This document shows positions 29,527 through 40,383 of a stretch of 64,000 nt of DNA, piece by piece. Location of the stretch: the NCBI GenBank assembly GCA_963725665.1, contig CAVRZA010000011.1:224001-288000 (forward strand). The letters run 5' to 3'. The translations under genes were made by a program, and so were the position numbers. Numbering within the stretch: position 1 is the first letter of the stretch; each line of letters opens with the position of its first letter. The notes under the pieces were generated by a model. It searched no databases and was not told where the DNA came from. It saw only the letters and a program-made list of their open reading frames with translations. Source of the stretch: an uncultured Actinomycetes bacterium (GTDB taxonomy: Bacteria > Actinomycetota > Thermoleophilia > UBA2241).

Positions 29527-32382
29527 TCAGGGCAGCGAGCGGAGCTGCGAGAGCGTCTGCTGCAGAGCCTTGATCTGGCGCCCGTACTCGGCGAAATCGC
29601 CGGCCTTGATCGCCGTCTGCGCCGCCTCGAACTGCTGGTTCGCCTGCGCGATGAGGGCCTTGAGCTGCGCCGACGGCGTCGTCGTGCCGGGCGTGGTCGT
29701 CTGGCCGGGCGACGGCGACGGAGTGGGTCCGGCGACGCTCGGCGAGGCGCCGAAGATCTCCGTGAGCGCCTCGCCGAGCGTCGGCGCCATGACCACGGCC
29801 TGCGTCTGCCCGTTGGGCAGCGTGCCGCCTTGCGGCGAGCGATAGAAGACGATGACGCGCTTGAGCTGCGGCAGCTGCGTCTGCTGCGATTCCAGGTACA
29901 GCGGCTGCACGTAGAGCAGCGAGTCCGTGATGGGCACGACGAGCAGGTTGCCGAAGATGACCGTCGAGCCCTCTTGGCCCCAGAGGGTGCGCTGCGAGGA
30001 GATCGTGGGGTCCTGGTTGATGGCCGCCTCGACCTGCGCCGGACCGTAGACGTTGAGGCTCGAGGGGAAGCCGAAGCTCACGCCCTTGCCGTAGTTGGGC
30101 GGATCCGATTGGCCACCGAGCCAGGCGATCATGTTGGAGCGCCCGTTGGGCACGAACGGCAGGATGAGCACGAACTCCTCCTTGGTCTGTGCCGGAAGCC
30201 GCATGATCACGTAGTAGGGATCCATCTGCCCGCTGCCTGAGATCGACACGTTGGTCGGGATCTGCCACTGGTTGCCCTTGTTGTAGAGGAGACCGGGCTC
30301 CGTCACGTGGTAGGTCGCGAACAGCTCCGTCTGCAGCTTGAAGTAGTCCTCGGGATAGCGGACGTGCACCAGGAGCGCCGTCGGCATGGCCGTGAACGGC
30401 TTGAACATGCCGGGGAAGATCTTCTCGTAGGTGCGGATGATGGGGTCGCCGGGGCTGAAGTCGTAGAACGTCATCGTGCCGTTGTAGGCGTCGATGACGG
30501 CCTTGACCGAGTTACGCACGTAGTTGATGGAGCCCTGGCGCTCCGAGTACGGGTAGAGGTCGGTGGTCGTGTAGGCGTCGGCGATCCAGTAGAGGCGGCC
30601 GTCGGCGATGACCATGTAGGGGTCGTGGTCGAAGGTCAGGAAGGGCGCCGCCGCCGTGAGCCGCGCCACGATGTTGTTGCGGATGATGATGCGGCTGTCG
30701 GAGTCGATCGACGAGGCGGTCCAGAACTTGATGGTACCGAACCTGATGTTGAAGGCCGTGCGGTTCAGGAATGAGCCGATGGGGATACCGCCGCTGCCGT
30801 CGTAGGAGCGGTAGACGTCCTGGCCACCCGGCCCGGGGTAGTCGAACTCCTGGTCCTTCGTCTTGACCAGCGTGTACTGCGTACCCGTCTCGCCGTAGTA
30901 GATGCGCGGCTGCGTGATCTGCAGCGAGGACGCCGAGCTCGTCACCGGGATGTCCTGCACGAGGAAGTCGGGCGATCCGTCGGAGGCCACCTGGTTCACC
31001 GCCGACAGGGCGACGCCGAAGCCGTGCGTGTAAGTGATGTGCTGGTTGACCCACGTCTGGGCGTTCGCCGGCAGGCCGCCGATGTTCAGCTCGCGCGCGG
31101 AGAGCATCGTCTGCCGGTAGGTCCCGCTCACGTTGTAGCGGTCGACGTCGGCGTCGACGAACGAGTAGTAGGGCCGCAACTCCTGCAACTGCTGGTAGCT
31201 GCGCGTAAGCGTCGCGGGGTCCCAGAGGCGGATGTTGCGCACGGTGGTCTGGTTGGCGACCAGCTTGGCCGAGGTCAGGTCACCCTTCAGCGGGTAGGGT
31301 GTCTCCTTGAGCAGGTCGAGGTTGTAGGCGGCCCGCGTCGCGGCGATGTTGCGCGCGATGTAGGGCGCCTCTTTGGAGCCCTGGTTAGGGGAGACGACGA
31401 GGGCCTGCGTGATGGCCGGCCAGATGCCGAGGAGCACGACGAGCGCCGCGATCCAGACCCCCACGGCGGCGACGGGCAGGATGTTGCGACGCCACCACAC
31501 GTTGGCCAAGAGCGCCGCGGCGATGACCCAGGCCAGCACCATGAGGATGCGCATGGCCCACAGGCGCGCGTGCAGGTCGGTGTAGCCGGCGCCGAAGACG
31601 ACCCCGTTGGTCGAGAACAGTAGCTCCCACGCCCTGAGGATGTAACCGAACCCGGCGACCACGAAGATCGCCGCGAGGAGCACCGAGACGTGCGCGAGCG
31701 CGCCGCGCTCGATGTGGAACCCGGTGACGCGGCGCGCTCGCGGGCCGGCACCCTCGACTCCCGGCTCCTGCTCGATCACGACGCCGCCGAGGATGAGGTG
31801 CACGATCACCGAGATGACCAGGGTCGCAACGAGCGAGCCAAAGAGGAACGAGTAGACGTACTGCCAGAGCGGCAGCCGGAAGACGTAGAAGCCGACGTCG
31901 TGATGGAACACGGGGTCGGTGACGCCGAAGTCGACGCCGTTGAGGGCGCGCAGGAAGGTGAGCCACGAGCCCGCGGAGCCGGCGCCGACGATGATGGCGA
32001 TCACGATGGAGACGCCCAGGCCGGCGAGGCGGGTGAGCCGCTGCGCCCTCTCGCGCAGGGGCTCGACCAGGTCGACGCCCTCGAAGGCGCGGAAGCGCGG
32101 CGCGAGGCGGCGGGCGATCTCGATGTTGCTGTAGAGGATGGCAAAGAAGATCGCGCCGAACACGACCCCGACGACGAGAGACGTCCAGATGCGCCGCCAG
32201 AACACGACCCTCAGGTCGACTTCGCCGAACCACAGCCAGTCGATGTAGTAGCGGGACAAGACGGCCAGCACGACGAGGACCACGACGACCACGGCGGCGA
32301 TGATGCCGAGCCGCAGCCTGGGAGGCCGTGCCTGAGCAGGAGGGCCCCGTCGAGCCCTGGGGAAGGGGGTGACGTTGCTCAC
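29527..32382 (-). CDS. UPF0182 family membrane protein
   Basis: DWLWF, DPVF..D.GFY.F.LP, NIRLWDP, DVDRY, YTHGFG, NYVRNSVK, RYPEDYF, GNLLVVP. Confidence 0.93.
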   Translation of the reverse strand: MSNVTPFPRARRGPPAQARPPRLRLGIIAAVVVVVLVVLAVLSRYYIDWLWFGEVDLRVVFWRRIWTSLVVGVVFGAIFFAILYSNIEIARRLAPRFRAFEGVDLVEPLRERAQRLTRLAGLGVSIVIAIIVGAGSAGSWLTFLRALNGVDFGVTDPVFHHDVGFYVFRLPLWQYVYSFLFGSLVATLVISVIVHLILGGVVIEQEPGVEGAGPRARRVTGFHIERGALAHVSVLLAAIFVVAGFGYILRAWELLFSTNGVVFGAGYTDLHARLWAMRILMVLAWVIAAALLANVWWRRNILPVAAVGVWIAALVVLLGIWPAITQALVVSPNQGSKEAPYIARNIAATRAAYNLDLLKETPYPLKGDLTSAKLVANQTTVRNIRLWDPATLTRSYQQLQELRPYYSFVDADVDRYNVSGTYRQTMLSARELNIGGLPANAQTWVNQHITYTHGFGVALSAVNQVASDGSPDFLVQDIPVTSSASSLQITQPRIYYGETGTQYTLVKTKDQEFDYPGPGGQDVYRSYDGSGGIPIGSFLNRTAFNIRFGTIKFWTASSIDSDSRIIIRNNIVARLTAAAPFLTFDHDPYMVIADGRLYWIADAYTTTDLYPYSERQGSINYVRNSVKAVIDAYNGTMTFYDFSPGDPIIRTYEKIFPGMFKPFTAMPTALLVHVRYPEDYFKLQTELFATYHVTEPGLLYNKGNQWQIPTNVSISGSGQMDPYYVIMRLPAQTKEEFVLILPFVPNGRSNMIAWLGGQSDPPNYGKGVSFGFPSSLNVYGPAQVEAAINQDPTISSQRTLWGQEGSTVIFGNLLVVPITDSLLYVQPLYLESQQTQLPQLKRVIVFYRSPQGGTLPNGQTQAVVMAPTLGEALTEIFGASPSVAGPTPSPSPGQTTTPGTTTPSAQLKALIAQANQQFEAAQTAIKAGDFAEYGRQIKALQQTLSQLRSLP

Positions 32383-32471
32383 CGCGCTATTATGGCAGAA
32401 GTGCGGGGCAAGGTGGCGATGGTCGGCGCAAACCTCAGCGCCGGGCGCCGCCGCCCGGTCGGCCTAGTCGG

Positions 32472-34604
32472 TCAGAAGGCTGCGGACGAGCGCACCCGAG
32501 ACGCCCGCTGGCCGGGTATCCAGGCGTCCTCCGTGTCCTTGAGGAACGACAGGAGCCTGTCCACGTAGCGGGGGTCGAACTCTCGGCTCGCTCCCGCTCG
32601 CAGCCGCTCTCGCGCCGCCTCCCCGCTCCCCATAAGAACGAACGCGCGCACGACCGCGAACGCTCGCGCCACGCGCGGTATCCGCTCCCCGCTCAGACCC
32701 TCAGGATAGCCCGCGCCGTCCCAGCGCTCGTTTGCGGAGAGCAGCGCCGCCAGCGCCGCGCTGTGCCGCGACACCGCCGTGATGCGACCGCGACGGTGCT
32801 GTGACCCTGGGGTCTCTGCGGCACCCCCGGGCATCGCCTCGGCGTCGGGACCTAAGGCGCCCCGCGAATCGATCACGCCGAGCGCGGCGGCGAGACCGGT
32901 AGCCTCCTCGTCGCTCATGCCGACGTAACGCGCAAACTCGTGCCCCAGCGTGGCCAGACGATGCTCGCCGCCGCGCTCGGCCAGCGCTTCACGCTCACCG
33001 TAGTCGCAGACACGGTCGCGGCCCAACGCCTTGGCGCGCAGCAGGGCGCTGTCAGCCGCGCCGAGCAAGGCGTCCTTGTCGCGGGCCGACTCGGGAAAGG
33101 CGGCGATGCCGATCGACATGCTCACGCGCACGCCCGGCGCCCCGGGTTCGATCTCGCGCACTTGGTCGCAGATGCGCTGCGCCACCGGCCGCGCCTCGGT
33201 CCGCGTCGTGCGCGGCAGGATGACGGTGAACTCCTCGCCGCCGTAGCGCGCCAGGTAGTCCGACTCGCGTGAGCAGCGCTTGAGCACGGAGGCGACCTCG
33301 CGCAGCACCTCGTCGCCGCGCTGATGGCCCACCGTGTCGTTGACGCTCTTGAAGTGGTCGAGGTCCATCATCAGGAGACAGAACTCCTCGTCGTAGCGCT
33401 CGGCCCGGCTCACCTCAGCCGCCAAAGACTCCTGGAAGTGGCGGTAGTTGTGCAGCCCCGTCAGGCCGTCGCTGATGGCTTGCAGCTCCATCTCCATGTA
33501 GGAGCGCGCGTTCTGGAGGGCGATGGCCGCCTGGTTGGCGAACAGCCGCGCCAGCTCGAGCTCGCGCTCGTCGAAGGTGCGCCCCCCGAGGCGGTCCAGG
33601 GTGAGGACCCCGCTCACCTCGCCCATCACCTGCAGGGGGACGATTATCGAGGCCTGCGGTTCGGTCGGCGTCTCGGGAATGACATACGCGCGCGGGTCGA
33701 CGTTCATGTCGTTGATGAGCAGCGCCTGCTTGTGGGCCACGGCCCAGCCGCAGACACTGCCCTCGACCGGCACGCTCGCGGCGAGCATCTCCTCGGCGTT
33801 GGTGTCGCGGGCGAAGATCGCCACCAGCGCGCCGCGCGCCTCGTCGAGCACGCGGATGTCCATGGCGTCGTAATCGACGAGCGTCTTGAGCATCTCGGCG
33901 ACCTGCTCCAGCACCGCCCGCTGATCGAGCGTCGAGAGCAGCACCTCGGAGAGATCGAAGAGGTCGTGGCGCACCTCGAGCTGCTGCTCGAGCTGCCTCG
34001 TCGTCGCCTCGAGCTCCTCGTAGTGCTTGGCGTTGATCACCGCCAGGGCCGCGTGGGCGGCGAAGACCTCGAGCGGCCTGATGTGCTCGAGCGTCGGGAT
34101 CTTGTGGTCCTGCGGGTCCCACAGGTCCAGGACGCCCATGACCCTGTCCTGCTTGTCGTGGAGCGGCACGAAGAGGCTGTCGTCGGGATGCCACTCCCCC
34201 TCGTCCTCCGACGGTTGCAGATCGGGCACGGGGAAGTAGCGCAGGTCCTCGGGGCTCCACGAGTAGTCGCGGTGGTCGATGAAGTACGCCCGGCCCACCT
34301 GGAAACGCTCCGACATGAGGCGCTCGAACACCTCGGCGGGGACGGGCGTCTCGAGCACCTTGCGGTCGACGTCGGGGAACCGCCCCACCGTCGCGTAGGC
34401 GCGAAAGACCCCTTTTTCGGGCTCGAGCAGGTAGATCGACGCCTCGTTGAACCCGAAGGCGTCGACGGTCGTCGCCACGATGGCGCGTACCACGTCACCG
34501 AGACGCGAACCCGCGCGCAACTCCTCGCCCAGGCGTCCCAGCCCGGCGAGCAGCGCGCCGCCGTCGTCCGGCGGCTTCGGCTCCTTGAAGAAGAGATGGA
34601 CCAG
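32472..34604 (-). CDS. GAF-GAF-GGDEF diguanylate cyclase with degenerate HD-GYP tail
   Basis: DGLTGLHN, DLDHFKSVND..GH..GD, RESD I-site, RYGGEEF; ERWDGAGYP tail without the HD/HHE residues. The frame is open upstream of TTG 34520 to a CTG at 34604. Confidence 0.88.
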   Translation of the reverse strand: MVHLFFKEPKPPDDGGALLAGLGRLGEELRAGSRLGDVVRAIVATTVDAFGFNEASIYLLEPEKGVFRAYATVGRFPDVDRKVLETPVPAEVFERLMSERFQVGRAYFIDHRDYSWSPEDLRYFPVPDLQPSEDEGEWHPDDSLFVPLHDKQDRVMGVLDLWDPQDHKIPTLEHIRPLEVFAAHAALAVINAKHYEELEATTRQLEQQLEVRHDLFDLSEVLLSTLDQRAVLEQVAEMLKTLVDYDAMDIRVLDEARGALVAIFARDTNAEEMLAASVPVEGSVCGWAVAHKQALLINDMNVDPRAYVIPETPTEPQASIIVPLQVMGEVSGVLTLDRLGGRTFDERELELARLFANQAAIALQNARSYMEMELQAISDGLTGLHNYRHFQESLAAEVSRAERYDEEFCLLMMDLDHFKSVNDTVGHQRGDEVLREVASVLKRCSRESDYLARYGGEEFTVILPRTTRTEARPVAQRICDQVREIEPGAPGVRVSMSIGIAAFPESARDKDALLGAADSALLRAKALGRDRVCDYGEREALAERGGEHRLATLGHEFARYVGMSDEEATGLAAALGVIDSRGALGPDAEAMPGGAAETPGSQHRRGRITAVSRHSAALAALLSANERWDGAGYPEGLSGERIPRVARAFAVVRAFVLMGSGEAARERLRAGASREFDPRYVDRLLSFLKDTEDAWIPGQRASRVRSSAAF

Positions 34605-34709
34605 GGCTCCGCCTTCCCTGAAACGAGCTCGCTCGCCTCTAGTGTACCCCCGCGTGCAGGGTGAGAAGGAGTGCCGCCGTAACGAGAGTTGTCTGGATTG
34701 CCTACTGGC

Positions 34710-34756
34710 GAGGGGGCGGGGGAGCGGGCCCTCCCGGCGCGCTCCCCCGCCCCCTC
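34710..34756. terminator. 17-bp hairpin, terminator-like
   Basis: GAGGGGGCGGGGGAGCG ... CGCTCCCCCGCCCCCTC downstream of the aminotransferase. Confidence 0.6.
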
Positions 34757-34822
34757 ACATCCCTTCCGTCGCTCGCTCCGCGACCGGGAGTCCCGGCGCG
34801 GTCCGCCAGGACCAAGGCGCGC

Positions 34823-36214
34823 CTAGGCGGTCAGCTCGTCCGCCATCTCGGCGAAGACTTCCACGTACCTGTCGGCCTCCGCCAGCGTGTGCTGCACCGA
34901 GATCGTGAACTCCTGGTCCCGTCCCGGGGCTGCGAAGATGCCGCGATTGGCGAGGTAGAGCCAGGCCAGGTCCATCACCTCCGCGTCCTGGTGCATCACG
35001 TAGCTCTCGTAGTCGGTCACCTTGGTGTCGGAGAACGTGATGCACCCCTTGGCGCCGATGGCCACCGGATACGCGGGAAGACGGTGCGCGTCGATGACCT
35101 CCTGGCAACCCTGCTTGAGCCGCTCGCGCACGCCGGCAAGCTGCGCGTACCCTTCGGGCGTCAAGACCTCGAACAGCGTCGCGCGGGCCGCCGCCATCGT
35201 CAGCGGGTTGCCGTTGAAGGTTCCGACCTGCCACACCTTGTCGTTCTCGACGACCGCGAACACCTCATCGCTGCCACCGATAGCGCCGGAAGGCACGCCG
35301 CCGCCGAGGCTCTTGGCGAGAGTGACCATGTCGGGCAGCACGCCGAAGTACTCGGTCCCGCCTCCCGGAGCGACAGTGAGACCTGTCTTGACCTCATCGA
35401 ATACCAGCACGACGCCGTGCTTCTTCGTGAGCTCGCGCACCCGCTCGAGGTAGCCCGGCTCGGGCAAGACGACGCCGATGTTCATCATCGCCGGTTCCAT
35501 GATCATGCAGGCCGGTACACGCCCCTCCGCCGCCAGCGTCTCCAGACGCCTCTCCATCGCGTCGGCGTCGTTGAAGGGCACGGCGACGGTCATGTCGACG
35601 ACCGCTTGCGGGATCCCTTCGCCGTAAGGGAGCGAGAAGTACGCATCACGTGGGCCCAGGTCGCCGTAGTTGCCCGGCACCGACACCATCACATAGTCGT
35701 GATGGCCGTGATAGGAACCGAAGATCTTCATCACGGTGTCACGTCCGGTGAGGGCGCGTGCGATCCTGATGGCGTCCATGGTCGCCTCGGATCCTGAGTT
35801 CGTGAACCGCCACTTGGGGAGCCCCCAGCGCCGGGCCAGCTCCTCGGCGACCTCGACCCCCGCCTCGGTGGGTTCGCAGTACTGGGTGCCGTGGGTCACT
35901 TGCTCCTGTATCGCCTTGACGATGGCGGGATGCGCGTGGCCGTGCACCATGCAGCCGAAGCCGTTGAGATAGTCGATGTACTCGTGGCCGTCGACGTCCC
36001 AGATGCGCGATCCCTTCCCGTCTTTCATGTAGATCGGCCAGGGGTCGCGCCAGTGGTACGACGACCCGATGCCCTTGGCGAGGGACTTCCGCGCACGCTC
36101 GTACATCGCCGCCGATCCGGGCGTGCTGTCGTTGAAGCGCGTCAGCTCGCGGGCACTCAACTGTCCCACGCGGTCGCGATCGAGCGGCCGCGATCGGATC
36201 TCCTGGGTCTGCAT
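34823..36214 (-). CDS. class III PLP aminotransferase (GSA-aminomutase-like)
   Basis: WDVDGHEYID, FTNSGSEA, YHGHHD, FDEVKTG, AKSLGGG, GTFNGNP. Confidence 0.9.
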   Translation of the reverse strand: MQTQEIRSRPLDRDRVGQLSARELTRFNDSTPGSAAMYERARKSLAKGIGSSYHWRDPWPIYMKDGKGSRIWDVDGHEYIDYLNGFGCMVHGHAHPAIVKAIQEQVTHGTQYCEPTEAGVEVAEELARRWGLPKWRFTNSGSEATMDAIRIARALTGRDTVMKIFGSYHGHHDYVMVSVPGNYGDLGPRDAYFSLPYGEGIPQAVVDMTVAVPFNDADAMERRLETLAAEGRVPACMIMEPAMMNIGVVLPEPGYLERVRELTKKHGVVLVFDEVKTGLTVAPGGGTEYFGVLPDMVTLAKSLGGGVPSGAIGGSDEVFAVVENDKVWQVGTFNGNPLTMAAARATLFEVLTPEGYAQLAGVRERLKQGCQEVIDAHRLPAYPVAIGAKGCITFSDTKVTDYESYVMHQDAEVMDLAWLYLANRGIFAAPGRDQEFTISVQHTLAEADRYVEVFAEMADELTA

Positions 36215-36368
36215 CTCGCTCCCTCCCTCTGCTGCCCGGCCCGGCGGACGTGCGCCGAGCGTCACCTTCTCGGCGAAGTCATCCTCCGGCTGCATACTTC
36301 GCGCCTGCTCGCACACCCCTCACCACCAGCGAGTGGTCATAGGTCTCGCCCGTGATCGACGATGCCTC

Positions 36369-37715
36369 TCATCGGCAGCGCCTGTCATCGACCCGGTGGC
36401 AGGCCGTCTTGCCGTCTCCGCTGGTCATCCTGGGCAGCGACATCGGCTCCGCCAGCTCGATACGCGGGGTGACGCCGATGGTCCCCTTCGTCGCCTTGGC
36501 AAGCTTCTGCGAGAGCTTCTCCCGCGCCTCTTCGTCCAGCTCGCTGAGCTCGCAGATCTCCACTTGAAGAGTGAGCTGGTCGCGGTTCATCGAGGTCTCG
36601 AGGACCATGCAGAAGTTGTTGCCGACCTTGTCGAACTGCGCCAGGACCTCCTCGATCTGGCTCGGGAACACGACGTACGCGCCGATCGACAGGGCCTCGT
36701 CACTCCGACCGGTGATCTTGCCTATTCTTGGATGCGAGCGGCCGCAGGCACACGGGCTCCACGTTAGCGACGACAGGTCGTGGCTGCGAAAGCGGATCAT
36801 CGCCATGGAATCGCTCGAGAGAGAGGTCCAGACGAGCTCGCCCGGCGCGCCGTCATCCACCCATTCGCCCGTCGCGCGATCGATGCACTCCACCAGGAAG
36901 GAGTCTGACCACACGTGCATGCCGTCCCTCTCCGGGCACTCACAGGCCATGCCGGGCCCCAGGAACTCGCCCATGCCGAACTCGTTGAAGGCCTCAACGC
37001 CCAGGCACGATTCGAGCCGTCGGCGCCCTGACTCGGGCCAGGGCTCGGCGCCGAACAAGCCCACCCGCAGGCTCGAGTCCCTGGCGAGATCGACGCCGCG
37101 CTCGCGCGCCCTGTCTGCGAGGTAGAGCCCGTAGGAGGGCGTCGTGACGATGGCGGTGACACCCAGGTCGACGATCAGGTCGATCTGCAGCTCGTACCGG
37201 CCGATGCCGGCAGGGACCACGCCGACGCCCATCTTCTGGGCGCCGTAGTGGAATCCGATCCCGGTGGCCAGCCCGTACGAGAAGCAGTTCTGGAGAAGGT
37301 CTCCCGGACGCAAGCCGACCATCCACAGCGAGCGCGCGTTCAGCGAGGCCCACTCGTCCATGTCGTGCCGCGTGGCGAAGATGGGGATGGGCTTGCCGGT
37401 GGTCCCCGACGTGGTGTGCACCTCGAGGACCTCGTTCCGCTCGCACGTCATCAGGCCGTGGGGATACGCCTCGCGGGCGGTCTGCTTCTCGAGGAAGGGC
37501 AACTTGCGCACATCCTCGAGCGCCGTGATGTGCCGGGGCTCGACGCCCGCTGCGCGGCACAGGTCCCGGTAGGCGGCGCTGCGCTCGTACGCCGTGGAGA
37601 CTCTGCTCTTGAGTCGCTCCAACTGCAGCTCCCGGAGCGCGCGAACGTCGAGCGTCTCAGCCCGCAAATCGAAGTAGGTCCGCAGCTCCTCGGTGTTGCC
37701 GATCGCCTGTCTCAT
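36369..37715 (-). CDS. paaK: phenylacetate-CoA ligase family protein
   Basis: HTTSGTTGKP, FSYGL, FGAEPW, GRSD, GKTA.RV.D. Confidence 0.88.
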   Translation of the reverse strand: MRQAIGNTEELRTYFDLRAETLDVRALRELQLERLKSRVSTAYERSAAYRDLCRAAGVEPRHITALEDVRKLPFLEKQTAREAYPHGLMTCERNEVLEVHTTSGTTGKPIPIFATRHDMDEWASLNARSLWMVGLRPGDLLQNCFSYGLATGIGFHYGAQKMGVGVVPAGIGRYELQIDLIVDLGVTAIVTTPSYGLYLADRARERGVDLARDSSLRVGLFGAEPWPESGRRRLESCLGVEAFNEFGMGEFLGPGMACECPERDGMHVWSDSFLVECIDRATGEWVDDGAPGELVWTSLSSDSMAMIRFRSHDLSSLTWSPCACGRSHPRIGKITGRSDEALSIGAYVVFPSQIEEVLAQFDKVGNNFCMVLETSMNRDQLTLQVEICELSELDEEAREKLSQKLAKATKGTIGVTPRIELAEPMSLPRMTSGDGKTACHRVDDRRCR

Positions 37716-37748
37716 ACGAATCCCCGATCCCCTACGGTACTCATCCGA

Positions 37749-38357
37749 TCAGACACGTGCGGGTGCGGGCGGGAGCCCTGACCGCCGCCCCACCGCGAAC
37801 GCCGCCAGGTTGACCTGCAGCCAGTCCGTGTTCACCGAGTTCTCGATCGCCCGTCGCCATGCCTCGTCTGCGAAGGTCAAGTGGTTGGCGAGCACGCCCA
37901 AGAGCACGACCCCTGCCACCTTGCCGCTCCCGGCCTCCTCGCCGAGCCTGTTGCCGTCCACCGCGATCAGGCGGTAGCTCTGACCGCGCATCCGTTCGAG
38001 CGCGGCGTCGGGGTAGGAGTGTGTGCCCGTCGCGGCTATCGGGGGGACGATCCTCTCGGTGTTGACGATGGCCACGCCATCGTCGGCGACGGAAGGAGCC
38101 CAGCGCAGCCCTTCCGCGATCTCGAACGCGAGGAGATAGTCGACCTCTCCCGGGGTGATGGCCGGAGCGATCACCCTCGTGCCGATCCTGACGTGCGCCT
38201 GCACGCTGCCGCCGCGCTGCGACATCCCGTGCGTCTCGCTCTCCTTGACTTCGAGACCCCCGTGAAGAAGCGCCGCCTCGGCGACGATCGTGGCGGCCAG
38301 TATGACGCCTTGGCCCCCGACACCGACGATCAGGATGTCCGCGTGTCCGTCGCCCAT
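37749..38357 (-). CDS. iorB: indolepyruvate:ferredoxin oxidoreductase beta subunit
   Basis: GVGGQGVILA, ETHGMSQRGGSV, NLAAF. Confidence 0.93.
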   Translation of the reverse strand: MGDGHADILIVGVGGQGVILAATIVAEAALLHGGLEVKESETHGMSQRGGSVQAHVRIGTRVIAPAITPGEVDYLLAFEIAEGLRWAPSVADDGVAIVNTERIVPPIAATGTHSYPDAALERMRGQSYRLIAVDGNRLGEEAGSGKVAGVVLLGVLANHLTFADEAWRRAIENSVNTDWLQVNLAAFAVGRRSGLPPAPARV

Positions 38358-40138
38358 CACGCCCTCGCCTTCGAGATCGCCTGAGGCCGGCAGACCTGAG
38401 CGCATATCGAGCAACCCGTGCACGCACTGGCGTCGATGGCGATCTTGTGCCGGTTCTTCACCATGGAGTCGGTCCAATGGAGGGCGGGGCAGGCGAGCTT
38501 CATGCACTGCTGGCAGGCGGTGCAGGCCTCCTCGTCCACCTCGTAGACCTCGTCGGCCCTTACCTTGCGCGGGAACAGGACGCACGGCCGGTTGGTGATG
38601 ACGACCGAGGGTCCCTCGAAGTCCAGAGCGGCCCTCAGAGCGGCCGTGCAGGCGTCGAGATCATACGGATCGACGGTCTGGACGCTCTTCACGCCGAGCG
38701 CCCGGCACAGCGCCGGCAAGTCGACGGGGGGTGTCTCGACGCCCGAGAGGTTGCGCTCGGAGCCGGGGTGCGTCTGCCCTCCGGTCATGGCCGTGATGTT
38801 GTTGTCCTGGATCAGGAGGGTCACGTTCGTCTTCTGATGGACGGCGTTGAGCAGACCCGAGACACCTGAGTGGAAGAAGGTCGAGTCCCCGATCACAGCG
38901 ATGGAGCCTTTCTCGTAGCCCCCCGCCCGCCCGACCCCCTGCGCCATGCCGATGCTGGCGCCCATGGCGACGACGGTGTGCATGGCCGACATGGGCGGCA
39001 GACAACACGAGTCGTAGCAGCCGATGTCACCGTTCACGTAGAGGCCGAGACGCTTGATGGCCGTCACCATGCCGCGGTGCGGGCAGCCGGCGCAGAAGAT
39101 CGGCGGCCGCGGGATGACGCTCGTGTCGCGCGCGACGCGAGGCTTCTGCCACCGCGGCAGAGCGACACCGGCCTCGTCGAGGCCACGGCCGACGACCTGT
39201 GGAGTCAGCTTCCCCTGCGCTGGGAAGAACGCCTTTCCTTCGACGGCGATGCCGTCGGCGAGGATCTGCTCCTCGAGGAAAGGCTCAAGCTCCTCCACCA
39301 CGAAGAGGCGTTCGACTTGCTGCGCGAACCGCCGAACGGCGCCGATCGGGAGCGGGTTCACAAGACCGAGCTTGAGGAAAGCGGCGTCCGGCACGGCCTC
39401 CTTGGCGGCGAGGTAGGCCGCCCCGGAGGTGATGATGCCGAGTCTCTCGAGATCGCCTACGCCCGGCTCCACCCGGGCGAGGGGGGGTCCCTCGGCATAC
39501 TCGCACAGGCGGGCCAGCCTCGCGGCCAACCCGCGATGAAGCTCCCGCGAGAACACCGGGACCAGGCAGTACTTGGCGGCGTTCTTCTCGAGGTCCTTGC
39601 GCTCACGCTCGACGCGCTCGCCGAGCTCGACCAGGGATTTCGAGTGCGCGATGTCGGTCGTCACGCGCACCATCACCGGGATGTCGTAGGTCTCGCTGAG
39701 CTCGAGCGCGATGCCGACGAAGTCCTTGCATTCCTGGCTGTCTGAGGGTTCGAGTATCGGGATGCCTGCGAGCCGGCCGAAGTAGCGATCGTCCTGCTCG
39801 GTCGACGAGCTGTCCATGCCCGGGTCGCTGCCGCAGACGACCACTAGGCCGCCGTTCACTCCCGTATACACGGAGCTGATCATGGGATCGGCGGCCACGT
39901 TGACGCCGGGGCTCTTCATCGCGGTCAGGGCCCGCACGCCGCCGACCGCGGCGCCGAAGGCCACTTCGTAGGCCACCGCCTCGTTGGTGGACCACTCCGC
40001 GTACACCGGGTCGTAACGAGCGATGTTCTCAAGGATCTCGCTGCTGGGGGTGCCCGGGTAGGCAGCCGCGACCCGCACCCCGTGTTCGTAGGCTCCGCGC
40101 GCGATGGCCTCGTTGCCGAGCATGAGCCGCCTCGTCAT
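38357..40138 (-). CDS. iorA: indolepyruvate:ferredoxin oxidoreductase alpha subunit
   Basis: LGNEAIARG, YPGTPSSE, FCAGCPHR, GDIGCY, IGDSTFFHSG, TAMTGGQ, two C-terminal ferredoxin Cys motifs. Confidence 0.95.
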   Translation of the reverse strand: MTRRLMLGNEAIARGAYEHGVRVAAAYPGTPSSEILENIARYDPVYAEWSTNEAVAYEVAFGAAVGGVRALTAMKSPGVNVAADPMISSVYTGVNGGLVVVCGSDPGMDSSSTEQDDRYFGRLAGIPILEPSDSQECKDFVGIALELSETYDIPVMVRVTTDIAHSKSLVELGERVERERKDLEKNAAKYCLVPVFSRELHRGLAARLARLCEYAEGPPLARVEPGVGDLERLGIITSGAAYLAAKEAVPDAAFLKLGLVNPLPIGAVRRFAQQVERLFVVEELEPFLEEQILADGIAVEGKAFFPAQGKLTPQVVGRGLDEAGVALPRWQKPRVARDTSVIPRPPIFCAGCPHRGMVTAIKRLGLYVNGDIGCYDSCCLPPMSAMHTVVAMGASIGMAQGVGRAGGYEKGSIAVIGDSTFFHSGVSGLLNAVHQKTNVTLLIQDNNITAMTGGQTHPGSERNLSGVETPPVDLPALCRALGVKSVQTVDPYDLDACTAALRAALDFEGPSVVITNRPCVLFPRKVRADEVYEVDEEACTACQQCMKLACPALHWTDSMVKNRHKIAIDASACTGCSICAQVCRPQAISKARA

Positions 40139-40383
40139 GGCCTCATCTCACCGTGCCCCTCCACCAGACAGCAAGCCGACTCCATTATCATCCAGGATAC
40201 CGGACGGGCTTCTTCACGGCACGCATTGTGTGAACGGACTCAAAGGCCTGCGTCACGGTCCTCGGCGTCGGTCACGGCGCCCAGTGCGGGTGTCGCCTGC
40301 CAAAGAACGGGGTGTCCCTCCCACGCGCATGGTGCGTTCTCTGTCGCTTGACGTATCACGCCCTCACCAGAAAGATGTGCACC

